A DNA stretch of 64,000 nucleotides. Origin: Patescibacteria group bacterium (GTDB lineage: Bacteria; Patescibacteriota; Patescibacteriia; Magasanikbacterales; GWA2-37-8). The position numbers and the translations under genes are program-made. Shown here one piece after another: positions 55,540 to 64,000 of the stretch (positions are counted from its first letter, which is position 1; each line of letters opens with the position of its first letter). The DNA lies in assembly GCA_041661385.1 (NCBI GenBank), contig JBAZUP010000002.1, positions 78,670-142,669 of the forward strand, in the 5' to 3' direction. The notes under the pieces are model-generated. The model did not search any database and was not told where the DNA came from. It saw only the letters and a list, made by a program, of their open reading frames with translations.

Positions 55540-56217
55540 ATGAAATTTGAAATCATAACCATTTTTCCAAAATTCTTTGAGAGCTTTAAAACCGAGGCTT
55601 TGATTTCGCGCGCAGAAAAAAAGAAGCTGGTTGAAATTAATACTCATTATCTTCGGGATTTTGCAGATGATAAACGCGGCACTGTGGACGATCGTCCTTA
55701 TGGCGGGGGAGCGGGAATGGTTTTAATGTTTGAACCGATTTATAAAGCGATTAAAAAAATAAAAAAAGCCAAAAAAACCAAAATAATTGTTTTTAATCCA
55801 AAAGGTAAAAAGTTTACGCAAGAAATGGCCCGTGACTGGGCAAAGCTTGATCAGTTAATAATGGTTTGCGGGCGCTACGAAGGAATTGATGAACGAGTTA
55901 TGGCTGAGGTCGCTGATGAAGAAATTTCTATTGGTGATTATGTTTTGTTCGGCGGTGAAGTGCCGGCGATGGTGGTGATGGAAGCAATTACCAGGCTTCT
56001 TCCGGGAGCGATTGGCAAACAAGAATCATTAAATGACGAATCTTTTAAAAGTGTAAAAGGCATTGAAGGGGAACAGCTTACAAAATATTTGGAATATCCG
56101 CACTATACTCGACCGGAAGTAATCAAATTCGGCAAGAAAAAATTAGCGGTGCCCGAGGTTTTGCTGTCTGGTGATCATAAAAAAATTGAAGAATGGCGCA
56201 AAGGAAAAAGTAAATAA
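55540..56217 (+). CDS. trmD: tRNA (guanine37-N1)-methyltransferase
   Basis: MKFEIITIFP...RPYGGGAGMVL...GRYEGIDERV. Confidence 0.9.
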   Translation: MKFEIITIFPKFFESFKTEALISRAEKKKLVEINTHYLRDFADDKRGTVDDRPYGGGAGMVLMFEPIYKAIKKIKKAKKTKIIVFNPKGKKFTQEMARDWAKLDQLIMVCGRYEGIDERVMAEVADEEISIGDYVLFGGEVPAMVVMEAITRLLPGAIGKQESLNDESFKSVKGIEGEQLTKYLEYPHYTRPEVIKFGKKKLAVPEVLLSGDHKKIEEWRKGKSK

Positions 56218-56224
56218 TAAAAAT

Positions 56225-56806
56225 ATGTCTAAACTAAAACCAATCGCAAATTTTCTTTTTGAAGTTGGAATGTTAAATCGCACGCCCCGTAGCGGTTTTC
56301 AGTTTCTCGGTAGTGGTGACCAGAGCGTTGCGGAGCACACCAATCGAACCATGTATATTAGTTATGTGCTTGGCAAACTCGACGGCACAGTTAATATTGA
56401 AAAGATGTTAATTGAAGCAATGTTTCACGATTTGGGTGAGGCGCGGGTTTCGGATCTTAATCATATCCATCAAAAATATACGGAACGCTTTCAAGCCGAT
56501 GCAGTAAAAGATGTGGCGGCTGGTTTGCCGTTTGGGGCCGAAATGGTGCAGTCTTATACTGAACACGAAGAACGCAAAACCCCGGAATCAAAATTGGTAA
56601 AAGATGCTGATACTTTGGAATGGATTATTTCTTTGAAGGAACAAGCCGACATCGGAAATGAACGGGCAAATTTTTGGATTGAGAGTGCCAAGGAACGGTT
56701 ACATTCAGAAATCGCCAAAGAACTTTGTGAAGAAATATTGAAGACGGATTCGAACGAATGGTGGGGTGGACAGGCCGGCGGGGAGGCGTGGAAAAACAAA
56801 ACCTAA
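56225..56806 (+). CDS. HD-domain hydrolase (YfbR-like 5'-deoxynucleotidase family)
   Basis: HD motif AEHT...HDLGE. Start chosen at MSKLKPI (track ORF from 56171 would overlap trmD). Confidence 0.7.
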   Translation: MSKLKPIANFLFEVGMLNRTPRSGFQFLGSGDQSVAEHTNRTMYISYVLGKLDGTVNIEKMLIEAMFHDLGEARVSDLNHIHQKYTERFQADAVKDVAAGLPFGAEMVQSYTEHEERKTPESKLVKDADTLEWIISLKEQADIGNERANFWIESAKERLHSEIAKELCEEILKTDSNEWWGGQAGGEAWKNKT

Positions 56807-57299
56807 ATAGGCTAGCTTATCCACAATCTATGCCCTTGACAGGGTGCTTCAAATAAGCTAAAATGGTGTAACGTAAATTTAGACCCTAACCCGGTCGCCC
56901 CTATAAAAATTAATAGACTTCCTCTAAGTCCTACCGACAGTATCTAACGGTAACGAAACTGGAGAGAAAAAAGAGTAACTCATTTATTGGTTCCTCTTTT
57001 TTCTTTCTACGAAGCAGTTCGAAAAAAAACGAACCGGCCCGCCGTAAAAAGAATGAACTTTGACAATACAAATGTGACAAAAACCATTAACAGTTAAACG
57101 TTGGTTTAATTGTTATAATAATCGTCTATTATAATCTTTGAAATATTCTTCTTCGGCTTCGGCCGGAAGTAATTTCAAGATCCAACAAATCCAAAATAAT
57201 TAACCTCGTTCATTGAACGAGTTTCAATTCTCTTATGATAAGTTGAACAAGGAGCGAGGCCTGCGCAAGCGGACTTGAACACCGTTCTACATACTTATC

Positions 57300-58862
<1,563 letters not shown>

Positions 58863-59000
58863 GGAGATACTCAGTCGAAAGACTGTGATTATCCATAGTC
58901 GAATCCCGATATATAGTGAAACTTCGGTTTCTCTATGGGATGAGTAGACGAAAGGTTTTTGTCACTTTGTATTGTGAAAACAATAACACTGACTAAAAAG

Positions 59001-59030
59001 CTATCCTTCGGGATAGTTTTTTAGTTATGA
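59001..59030 (+). terminator. hairpin (UUCG loop) about 140 nt after the 16S 3' end
   Basis: aaaaagctatcc-ttcg-ggatagttttttag. Confidence 0.5.
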
Positions 59031-59069
59031 AAATGGAATTTAAAATTTGTTTTATTAAGATGTTGATTC

Positions 59070-59098
59070 TTGACTTTTCGGTCGTTTTGGGGTATGTT
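59070..59098 (+). promoter_or_regulatory. sigma70-like promoter TTGACT-N17-TATGTT for the 59132 gene
   Basis: ttgacttttcggtcgttttggggtatgtt. SD aaagga precedes the ATG. Confidence 0.35.
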
Positions 59099-59131
59099 GA
59101 AAATGCCCAAGCGGGCCGAAAGGAATGACAC

Positions 59132-59455
59132 ATGCAATTACTGCTAATAGTCATTTACATTCTGGCCCAGATTTTGGGAAACGGTGGAAGCGCTCAAAAA
59201 AGCGCTCCGGCCTCTGCGCCCATAAAGGCACAGCTCAACTACGCAATTCTCAGGTCTGATTGCAAGGCAATCCCCGTCGATGCTGCCGGTAGGCAGTTCA
59301 TGGAGATTAATCTTCAAGAATTAGACCCGGAGACGGACGAAAGCAAATCAAAACAATCGTGCAAAATTGGCGCGAACACATCAATCATTAACCCCGTAAA
59401 GGCGGTGTGGATCAAAAAAAAGGAGGTACCGCGACCGGTAGTTCATTATATTTAG
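59132..59455 (+). CDS. small secreted/TM protein (107 aa) between 16S and tRNA-Val, islet-like
   Basis: N-terminal hydrophobic segment (LLLIVIYILAQILG). 15-bp perfect palindrome ggaaggtggcgcgcta-g-ttagcgcgccaccttcc after the stop (59465-59500). Confidence 0.4.
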   Translation: MQLLLIVIYILAQILGNGGSAQKSAPASAPIKAQLNYAILRSDCKAIPVDAAGRQFMEINLQELDPETDESKSKQSCKIGANTSIINPVKAVWIKKKEVPRPVVHYI

Positions 59456-59581
59456 GAGGACCTGGAAGGTGGCGCGCTAGTTAGCGCGCCACCTTCCACA
59501 CAATACACAATACCCGGTGTATTTTTGTTTGGCTTTAGCTTGACTTTTTGACAACTTTTGTATATAATTTTCAGTACTTAT

Positions 59582-59658
59582 GGGCAATTAGCTCAGTTGG
59601 TTAGAGCGTTACATTGACATTGTAAAGGTCAGAGGTTCAACTCCTCTATTGCCCACCA
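59582..59658 (+). tRNA. tRNA-Val (GAC), CCA encoded
   Basis: Acceptor gggcaat/attgccc, anticodon stem ttaca/tgtaa with loop ttGACat, T-arm agagg-ttcaact-cctct. Confidence 0.85.
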
Positions 59659-59773
59659 GAGTTGAACAAGGGTTGGAAAGGGAAGTATTCCCTTTCTTGT
59701 TGAGGAAGAGTATTGAGAAACCCGAAGGTTTCTCAAAGAGCGTAAGCGAGTTCAACTCCTCTATTGCCCACCA
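59659..59773 (+). repeat. tRNA-3'-adjacent structured element, copy A (after tRNA-Val)
   Basis: Begins gagttgaac, the reverse complement of the tRNA T-loop gttcaactc. Hairpins gaaaggga-agta-ttccctttc and gagaaacc-cgaa-ggtttctc. Ends with a 24-bp direct repeat of the tRNA 3' end, gttcaactcctctattgcccacca (59750-59773 = 59635-59658). Confidence 0.6.
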
Positions 59774-59787
59774 AACTATGAAGTCAT

Positions 59788-60003
59788 ATGGAAAATGAAT
59801 CAAGTTTAGAAATTAAGAAATTGAATGAGTTGGCAGATAAGCTAGAAGAGCTAAATGGTGGTAAAGAGATTCCTGGTGCTTTAGGAGTATTTGTGAAATT
59901 GCTGAGGGTAGGAAAACGCGAAGAAGCCGTCTCAAGAGTAAAAAATGAATTGTTCGACAAATTGACCGATGAAGAAAGAAAAATAATTGGCGATTATTTA
60001 TAG
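59788..60003 (+). CDS. small hypothetical helical protein (71 aa)
   Basis: ORF between tRNA-Val and tRNA-Ile. Charged helical sequence. Confidence 0.35.
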   Translation: MENESSLEIKKLNELADKLEELNGGKEIPGALGVFVKLLRVGKREEAVSRVKNELFDKLTDEERKIIGDYL

Positions 60004-60011
60004 TAAATAGC

Positions 60012-60085
60012 GGGCGTGTAGCTCAGATGGTTAGAGCGCGTCACTGATAATGACGAGGTCCCCGGTTCGATTCCAGGCACGCCCA
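60012..60085 (+). tRNA. tRNA-Ile (GAT)
   Basis: Acceptor gggcgtg/cacgccc, anticodon loop ctGATaa, T-arm cccgg-ttcgatt-ccagg... No encoded CCA. Confidence 0.85.
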
Positions 60086-60250
60086 CATAAATAAAAATTC
60101 CCAACAGGGGATTTTTTATTTATGTTAGCCTGTGAATCGAACGGGAAAGGGAGAAAACGGGAGTTTTCTCTTGCCGAGGAAAGTCCACGAAAACCCGAAG
60201 GTTTTCGTGAGAGCGAACGAAGTGAGCGAGTGAGATTCCGCACGCCCACA
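60086..60250 (+). repeat. tRNA-3'-adjacent structured element, copy B (after tRNA-Ile)
   Basis: Terminator-like hairpin. Inverted T-loop copy cctgtgaatcgaacggg. Hairpin gagaaaac-ggga-gttttctc. Core cttgccgaggaaagtccacgaaaacccgaaggttttcgtgagagcgaacgaagtgagcg. Partial direct copy of the tRNA-Ile 3' end, gattccgcacgcccaca. Confidence 0.6.
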
Positions 60251-60258
60251 TATAAAGA

Positions 60259-60834
60259 TTAGAATCGAAAACCGGACAAGATTATGCCAAAATTTTTCAA
60301 AAATAATATTGTTGTAATAGCTGAAATACAAATTAGAAAAATGAATGATGAAATTTTGTATAATTTTTTTTCTTGTGGAAAGTAATTCGTTATTTTTGCA
60401 ACGTATAATATTAGTAGGGGCGGCAGTATCAAATTATACATTATGCCTGCCATGTATCCAGCCATATCACCATCTTTTGATAGGTCAACAAATAAATCCG
60501 TGATAAAATTACCAGTTAAATAACCGTAATGGGAGTAGTTAACTACTTGAAATCTTGCATATAATATCGAAAAAAGTCCATGAATTATTGCTAGGATGCT
60601 CCAGGTGATAGTGGTTTTATTAACCCATGATTTATGGGTAATATATCCGTAACCGATGGCAGTAAGAGTGATAGAAAATAATATTCTTATTCCTGTAATA
60701 ACGAAAAATGAGTCTACAATATTTATTAAAAAAAAGATATTTGATAGTATTCCTATAATTCCTATAATTTCAAGTATAACTCCCACAAGAAGATTTGTTT
60801 TTGGTGGTGGGTTAAGTTGTGTTGTTGTTTCCAT
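60259..60834 (-). CDS. hypothetical polytopic membrane protein
   Basis: Five or six hydrophobic helices. AT-rich. Confidence 0.5.
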   Translation of the reverse strand: METTTQLNPPPKTNLLVGVILEIIGIIGILSNIFFLINIVDSFFVITGIRILFSITLTAIGYGYITHKSWVNKTTITWSILAIIHGLFSILYARFQVVNYSHYGYLTGNFITDLFVDLSKDGDMAGYMAGIMYNLILPPLLILYVAKITNYFPQEKKLYKISSFIFLICISAITTILFLKNFGIILSGFRF

Positions 60835-60927
60835 ATTTATTATATTTATGTAAAGATATTTGAATAAAGTATACCTTTATATCAATATATTGTCACGAAT
60901 GACAAAAGGTGCTAACATGGCGAGGTT

Positions 60928-62268
60928 ATGCAAGTAAAAATCGAAAAACTCGTATTTGGCGGGCAGGGCCTGGCACGGAGTGATGGCCAGGTGATTTTTG
61001 TTTGGGGCGGACTTCCGGGAGAAGAAGTAGAAATAAAAGTTTTGAAGAAAAAGAAAAACTTTGTCGAGGGGGTAGTGATAAATGTTTTATCCGCTTCGCC
61101 CGACCGCGTTAAGCCCGCTGAGGAGCATTTTTTGTCTTGCTCACCCTGGCAAACTATTGGTTTTGAAAAAGAGAACGAATGGAAAAAAACTATCGCCGAA
61201 GAAACTTACAGCCGCCTCGCGGGAATAAAAGATTTAAATTTGGAAATAGTTTCTGGTACAGAAGAATACGGTTACCGAAACAAAATGGAATATAATTTTA
61301 CCGCGGGTAAAAATGGCGGAGTATCGCTCGCTTTTCATCACCGTGGTACTCACGATTTATACGAGGTAGAAAAATGCGTGCTTGCGGACAAAAAAATTCA
61401 GGAGTCAAGTGCGCAAATTGTGAATATCTTGAATACCAACCAAGTACCGCTAAATGTGCTAAAGAGTTTGATTGTAAGAAGCGACAAAAAGGGGGTAGCG
61501 GCGGTTTTGTTTGTTACAAATCGGGAGTTTTTAAATATTTACCCAGAGCTTTCTACTATTGATGACCTTGTCGGCTGGCAAGTGTATTTTTCAAATCCGT
61601 TTTCTCCCGCTTCAGTCCCAACTGAATTGATTGGGCAGAACGGTAAGACCGAATTGGATTATATTTTAAATGGTGTAAAACTTAGTTGTGGTCTGCTTAG
61701 TTTTTTTCAGATTAACCCTTCAATTTTTGAAGAAACCCTAAAAGACATTGGACAACACTTGTCCAGTGGGCCTGCCCGCAATGCTACGCATAGCGTTGCC
61801 CGCCGGCATGCCTTTGGCAAAGCCAATGGCGGCCAGGCAGGCGGGCGAGTTGTGGATTATTATTCGGGGGTAGGGGCAATTGGTTTAGCCTTGCATGATA
61901 AGTATAAAGAAGCCGTTTTGATTGAAGAAAATAGAGAAGCGGCTGAATTTGCGGAAATGAATATTAAGAAAAATGGTTTTAAAAATGTTAAAGTTGTTAA
62001 CTCTTTATCGGAAACGGCAAAAGCAGAAATCGGGGAGGATGATATTGTAATTTTGGATCCGCCTCGCACCGGACTTCACAAAGATTTTACAAAGGAATTA
62101 ATAAATAGCCGTCCGAAGAAAATAATATATCTGTCTTGCGGGTTAGACACACACGCTAGGGATATTTCGGTTTTATCTCTTATCTACAAACCAGTCTTCT
62201 GGAAACTTTATAATTTTTTTCCTCACACTCCGCATATTGAAGGATTGTGCGTACTTGAGCGTAAATAA
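60928..62268 (+). CDS. TRAM-domain class I SAM-dependent RNA (uracil-5)-methyltransferase, RlmD/TrmA family, with in-frame GC-rich insertion
   Basis: N-terminal TRAM (KLVFGGQGLARSDGQVIFVWGGLPGEEVEI). FFQIN and VVDYYSGVGAIGLAL SAM motif. About 20 extra residues (LSSGPARNATHSVARRHAFGKANGGQAGGR) between them, encoded by a GC-rich palindrome-containing stretch at 61765-61850. Confidence 0.8.
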   Translation: MQVKIEKLVFGGQGLARSDGQVIFVWGGLPGEEVEIKVLKKKKNFVEGVVINVLSASPDRVKPAEEHFLSCSPWQTIGFEKENEWKKTIAEETYSRLAGIKDLNLEIVSGTEEYGYRNKMEYNFTAGKNGGVSLAFHHRGTHDLYEVEKCVLADKKIQESSAQIVNILNTNQVPLNVLKSLIVRSDKKGVAAVLFVTNREFLNIYPELSTIDDLVGWQVYFSNPFSPASVPTELIGQNGKTELDYILNGVKLSCGLLSFFQINPSIFEETLKDIGQHLSSGPARNATHSVARRHAFGKANGGQAGGRVVDYYSGVGAIGLALHDKYKEAVLIEENREAAEFAEMNIKKNGFKNVKVVNSLSETAKAEIGEDDIVILDPPRTGLHKDFTKELINSRPKKIIYLSCGLDTHARDISVLSLIYKPVFWKLYNFFPHTPHIEGLCVLERK

Positions 62269-62347
62269 CCCACCTTGCTTTACAAGCTTCTATAACCATG
62301 AGATAGTAATATAATCTCATTTTTGTTTATTCCTATTTTTTTATTAT

Positions 62348-62875
62348 ATGCGTAAGCATAATTTAGTCGGTTTATTGGGGGTGGCCGCAGCCACAATTAT
62401 TTTGGGCGCTGGGTGTAGTTCGGCGCCTGGTTATCAGGATAATGCGGCAATTAATCCAGTCGGGGATGGGTATAAAAATCAACCGATTGCGTCTAGTCCA
62501 ACGCCGTCGCCAGCCGCGAACAACCCGCAAACACCCGCAAGTCAAAAGCTTTCCGATCAACCTTATGCGCAATATGCGTATCTGATTTCTAGTCCAACAC
62601 TTAGTGCTGATGCGAAACTGGCTTTGACTGGATTTCAAATGACCAAGAAAGCAAATGCGGACGGTTCGATACAATTTACTTTAAAGGCGCTTAAAACAGA
62701 ATACCGCGACCAAGTTTACACCTTGCAACCCGGACAGCAGCTATATTTCATCGAAAAATTCTTACAGGATGATGACCAAGAAGCCAATGAAGATAAGAAT
62801 ATAAAAGATGATTTGGCTGTGATTGTCGACAAAGATGGTAATGTTGTAGGGGAGCCGGCAAGCTTCAGTAAATAA
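62348..62875 (+). CDS. hypothetical lipoprotein
   Basis: Signal plus lipobox LGAGCSS. Terminator aaaaccacccaaacgggtggtttttt follows. Confidence 0.5.
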   Translation: MRKHNLVGLLGVAAATIILGAGCSSAPGYQDNAAINPVGDGYKNQPIASSPTPSPAANNPQTPASQKLSDQPYAQYAYLISSPTLSADAKLALTGFQMTKKANADGSIQFTLKALKTEYRDQVYTLQPGQQLYFIEKFLQDDDQEANEDKNIKDDLAVIVDKDGNVVGEPASFSK

Positions 62876-62925
62876 GTAATTATTAAAAAACCACCCAAAC
62901 GGGTGGTTTTTTGTTAGCAATATTT

Positions 62926-64000
62926 TTAACCCAAACTCTTGCGAAGTAATGCCGCTTCTTTAATCAGCTCCGCGACTGGTTCTTTTTTTTGAACGCGAGC
63001 GTAAATTTCTTCCGAAAGGATTTGGTGCTGTTTTTCTTCAAAAGTATTAGGCCCCAGTTCAGTGCCCAAATATTCCTCGATTGCTTCTACATCTTGCCGA
63101 ATTCCTTCCCAAGCCGGAGACTGCAAAGCCAAATCTTTCAAAACATTTTTGTTTAAATAATGTCCGGCGCGTTTAAGATCAGCTTTAATATTGATGTAAT
63201 ATTTTTCCACCAATTTGAGATTTTCTTTTTGAGCTAATCCAATTTCGCGAAGGCCGCGACCAGTACCGATAAGTTCGGGAGGTACGCCGATAGAATAAAG
63301 CGCGCCAGTGAAACCGATTGCGCGTGGGAGGCGGACTTTGCCGACTCCGCGGGAATAACCAAACAGGCCGATATGCTGAACGCGTTCGCGGCGTTTTGGT
63401 AAAAGTTTTGCGACATCATTTACAAGGCCGGCAATTCCTTCCACGGCTTCACGGTAATAATTTTCAAAAATACCGCAAAATTTTTCCAATTGTTTTTCTT
63501 CTTCGTCTGACACCTTCATTGGTTCGCCTTTGGGAAGTTCTGTTTCTAGTTTTTTGATAGCTTCAATAACCATTTCTTTCGGATAATCATAACGGAAAGC
63601 GCTTTGGAGTAGGGCGGTTCGGACGCCTTTGTATTCGTTGATAAAAAGTTCCGGCGCATCGGGCCTGAGGCCGCCGCGGAAAGGGAGCGAAGCAGAACCG
63701 ATAATTGGATACATTTTAATTCCTAATTCTTTTTCCAGTTTTGCGTAACGGGACAAGGCGATTTTAATCGCAAGTACAGTCGGTACAGTTCCCGAATTGA
63801 GCGCCGGGTCCGAGCGGGCCATGTAAGGGCGTACGTAGGGAGGAAGTTTATTAAATTTTGCTTTGTGAAGATCTAGATATTTTCGGAGTATGCCATCGGA
63901 ATTAATAATCGTGCCAACTTGTTCAAAAAGAGGAATTACTTCAAGGTGATGAAAAGCACTGGTGCCAAGCTTATATAAACGATGTTTAAGCTGAGTTAAC
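62926..64000 (-). CDS. archaeal-type phosphoenolpyruvate carboxylase (PepcA)-like protein, 5'-partial (continues past window end)
   Basis: Frame stays open upstream of the track Met to position 64000 (...LKHRLYKLGTSAFHHLEVIPLFEQVGTIINSDGILRKYLDLHKAKFNKLPPYVRPYMARSDPALN...). Family call is from memory. Confidence 0.4.
   Translation of the reverse strand, partial: LTQLKHRLYKLGTSAFHHLEVIPLFEQVGTIINSDGILRKYLDLHKAKFNKLPPYVRPYMARSDPALNSGTVPTVLAIKIALSRYAKLEKELGIKMYPIIGSASLPFRGGLRPDAPELFINEYKGVRTALLQSAFRYDYPKEMVIEAIKKLETELPKGEPMKVSDEEEKQLEKFCGIFENYYREAVEGIAGLVNDVAKLLPKRRERVQHIGLFGYSRGVGKVRLPRAIGFTGALYSIGVPPELIGTGRGLREIGLAQKENLKLVEKYYINIKADLKRAGHYLNKNVLKDLALQSPAWEGIRQDVEAIEEYLGTELGPNTFEEKQHQILSEEIYARVQKKEPVAELIKEAALLRKSLG

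Overview
The window is AT-rich (about 35-40% GC by eye) with short intergenic spacers and small genes. It has the hallmarks of a Candidate Phyla Radiation/Patescibacteria-type genome: an isolated 16S rRNA gene not followed by 23S, a 2634-aa Cys-rich surface protein, a type IV secretion-like cluster, and many lipoprotein or secreted genes. This placement is inference. TGA is used as a stop (tsaC ends in ATGA), so the standard code 11 applies.

Layout, 5' to 3':
- 1-2.6 kb: tsaC (3' part), a secreted GH-like TIM-barrel protein, rsmA.
- 2.6-11.2 kb: a small membrane/Ca-binding protein followed by a 2634-aa Cys-rich surface protein.
- 11.2-12.1 kb: a GC-rich islet lipoprotein gene.
- 12.4-23.2 kb: a T4SS-like cluster. 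It has a 1256-aa VirB6-like polytopic protein with a long coiled-coil tail, two low-complexity repeat proteins, a VirB3/PrgI-like 2-TM protein, VirB4 written as two same-frame ORFs split by one TAA, a VirB8-like bitopic protein, and ComFC.
- 23.3-23.6 kb: tRNA-Phe and tRNA-Pro.
- 24-36.8 kb: Hsp20, a VanW-family protein, clpP, an LRR lipoprotein, an MBL-fold hydrolase, a lipid-remodelling operon (PAP2, flippase-like, PAP2, DAG-kinase), cyclophilin, ApbE.
- 37.1-44.4 kb: a mobile element integrated at tRNA-Asn. A large serine recombinase sits between 77-bp inverted repeats. A 100-bp inverted-repeat-bounded cargo carries an AAA+ ATPase plus S8 subtilase pair (IetAS-like defense candidate), a GC-rich lipoprotein and a membrane protein. 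A tRNA 3'-end direct repeat marks the far edge.
- 44.7-57 kb: small membrane proteins, nrnA, smc, rpsP, an arginase-family gene, a KH protein, trmD, an HD hydrolase.
- 57.3-58.9 kb: 16S rRNA with its own terminator.
- 59-60.3 kb: tRNA-Val, tRNA-Ile, and copies of a structured tRNA-3'-adjacent miniature element.
- 60.3-64 kb: a TRAM RNA methyltransferase with an in-frame GC-rich insertion, a lipoprotein, and a partial PEP-carboxylase-like gene.

Recurring oddities:
- About ten GC-rich islets, each a Shine-Dalgarno-led small gene (often lipoprotein or secreted) followed by a long perfect hairpin.
- A family of 100-165 bp elements placed just 3' of tRNA genes. Each is bounded by an inverted copy of the tRNA T-loop and a direct copy of the tRNA 3' end.
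- Two near-identical TTGACA-N17-TATaCT promoter modules on the minus strand.

No CRISPR array was seen.
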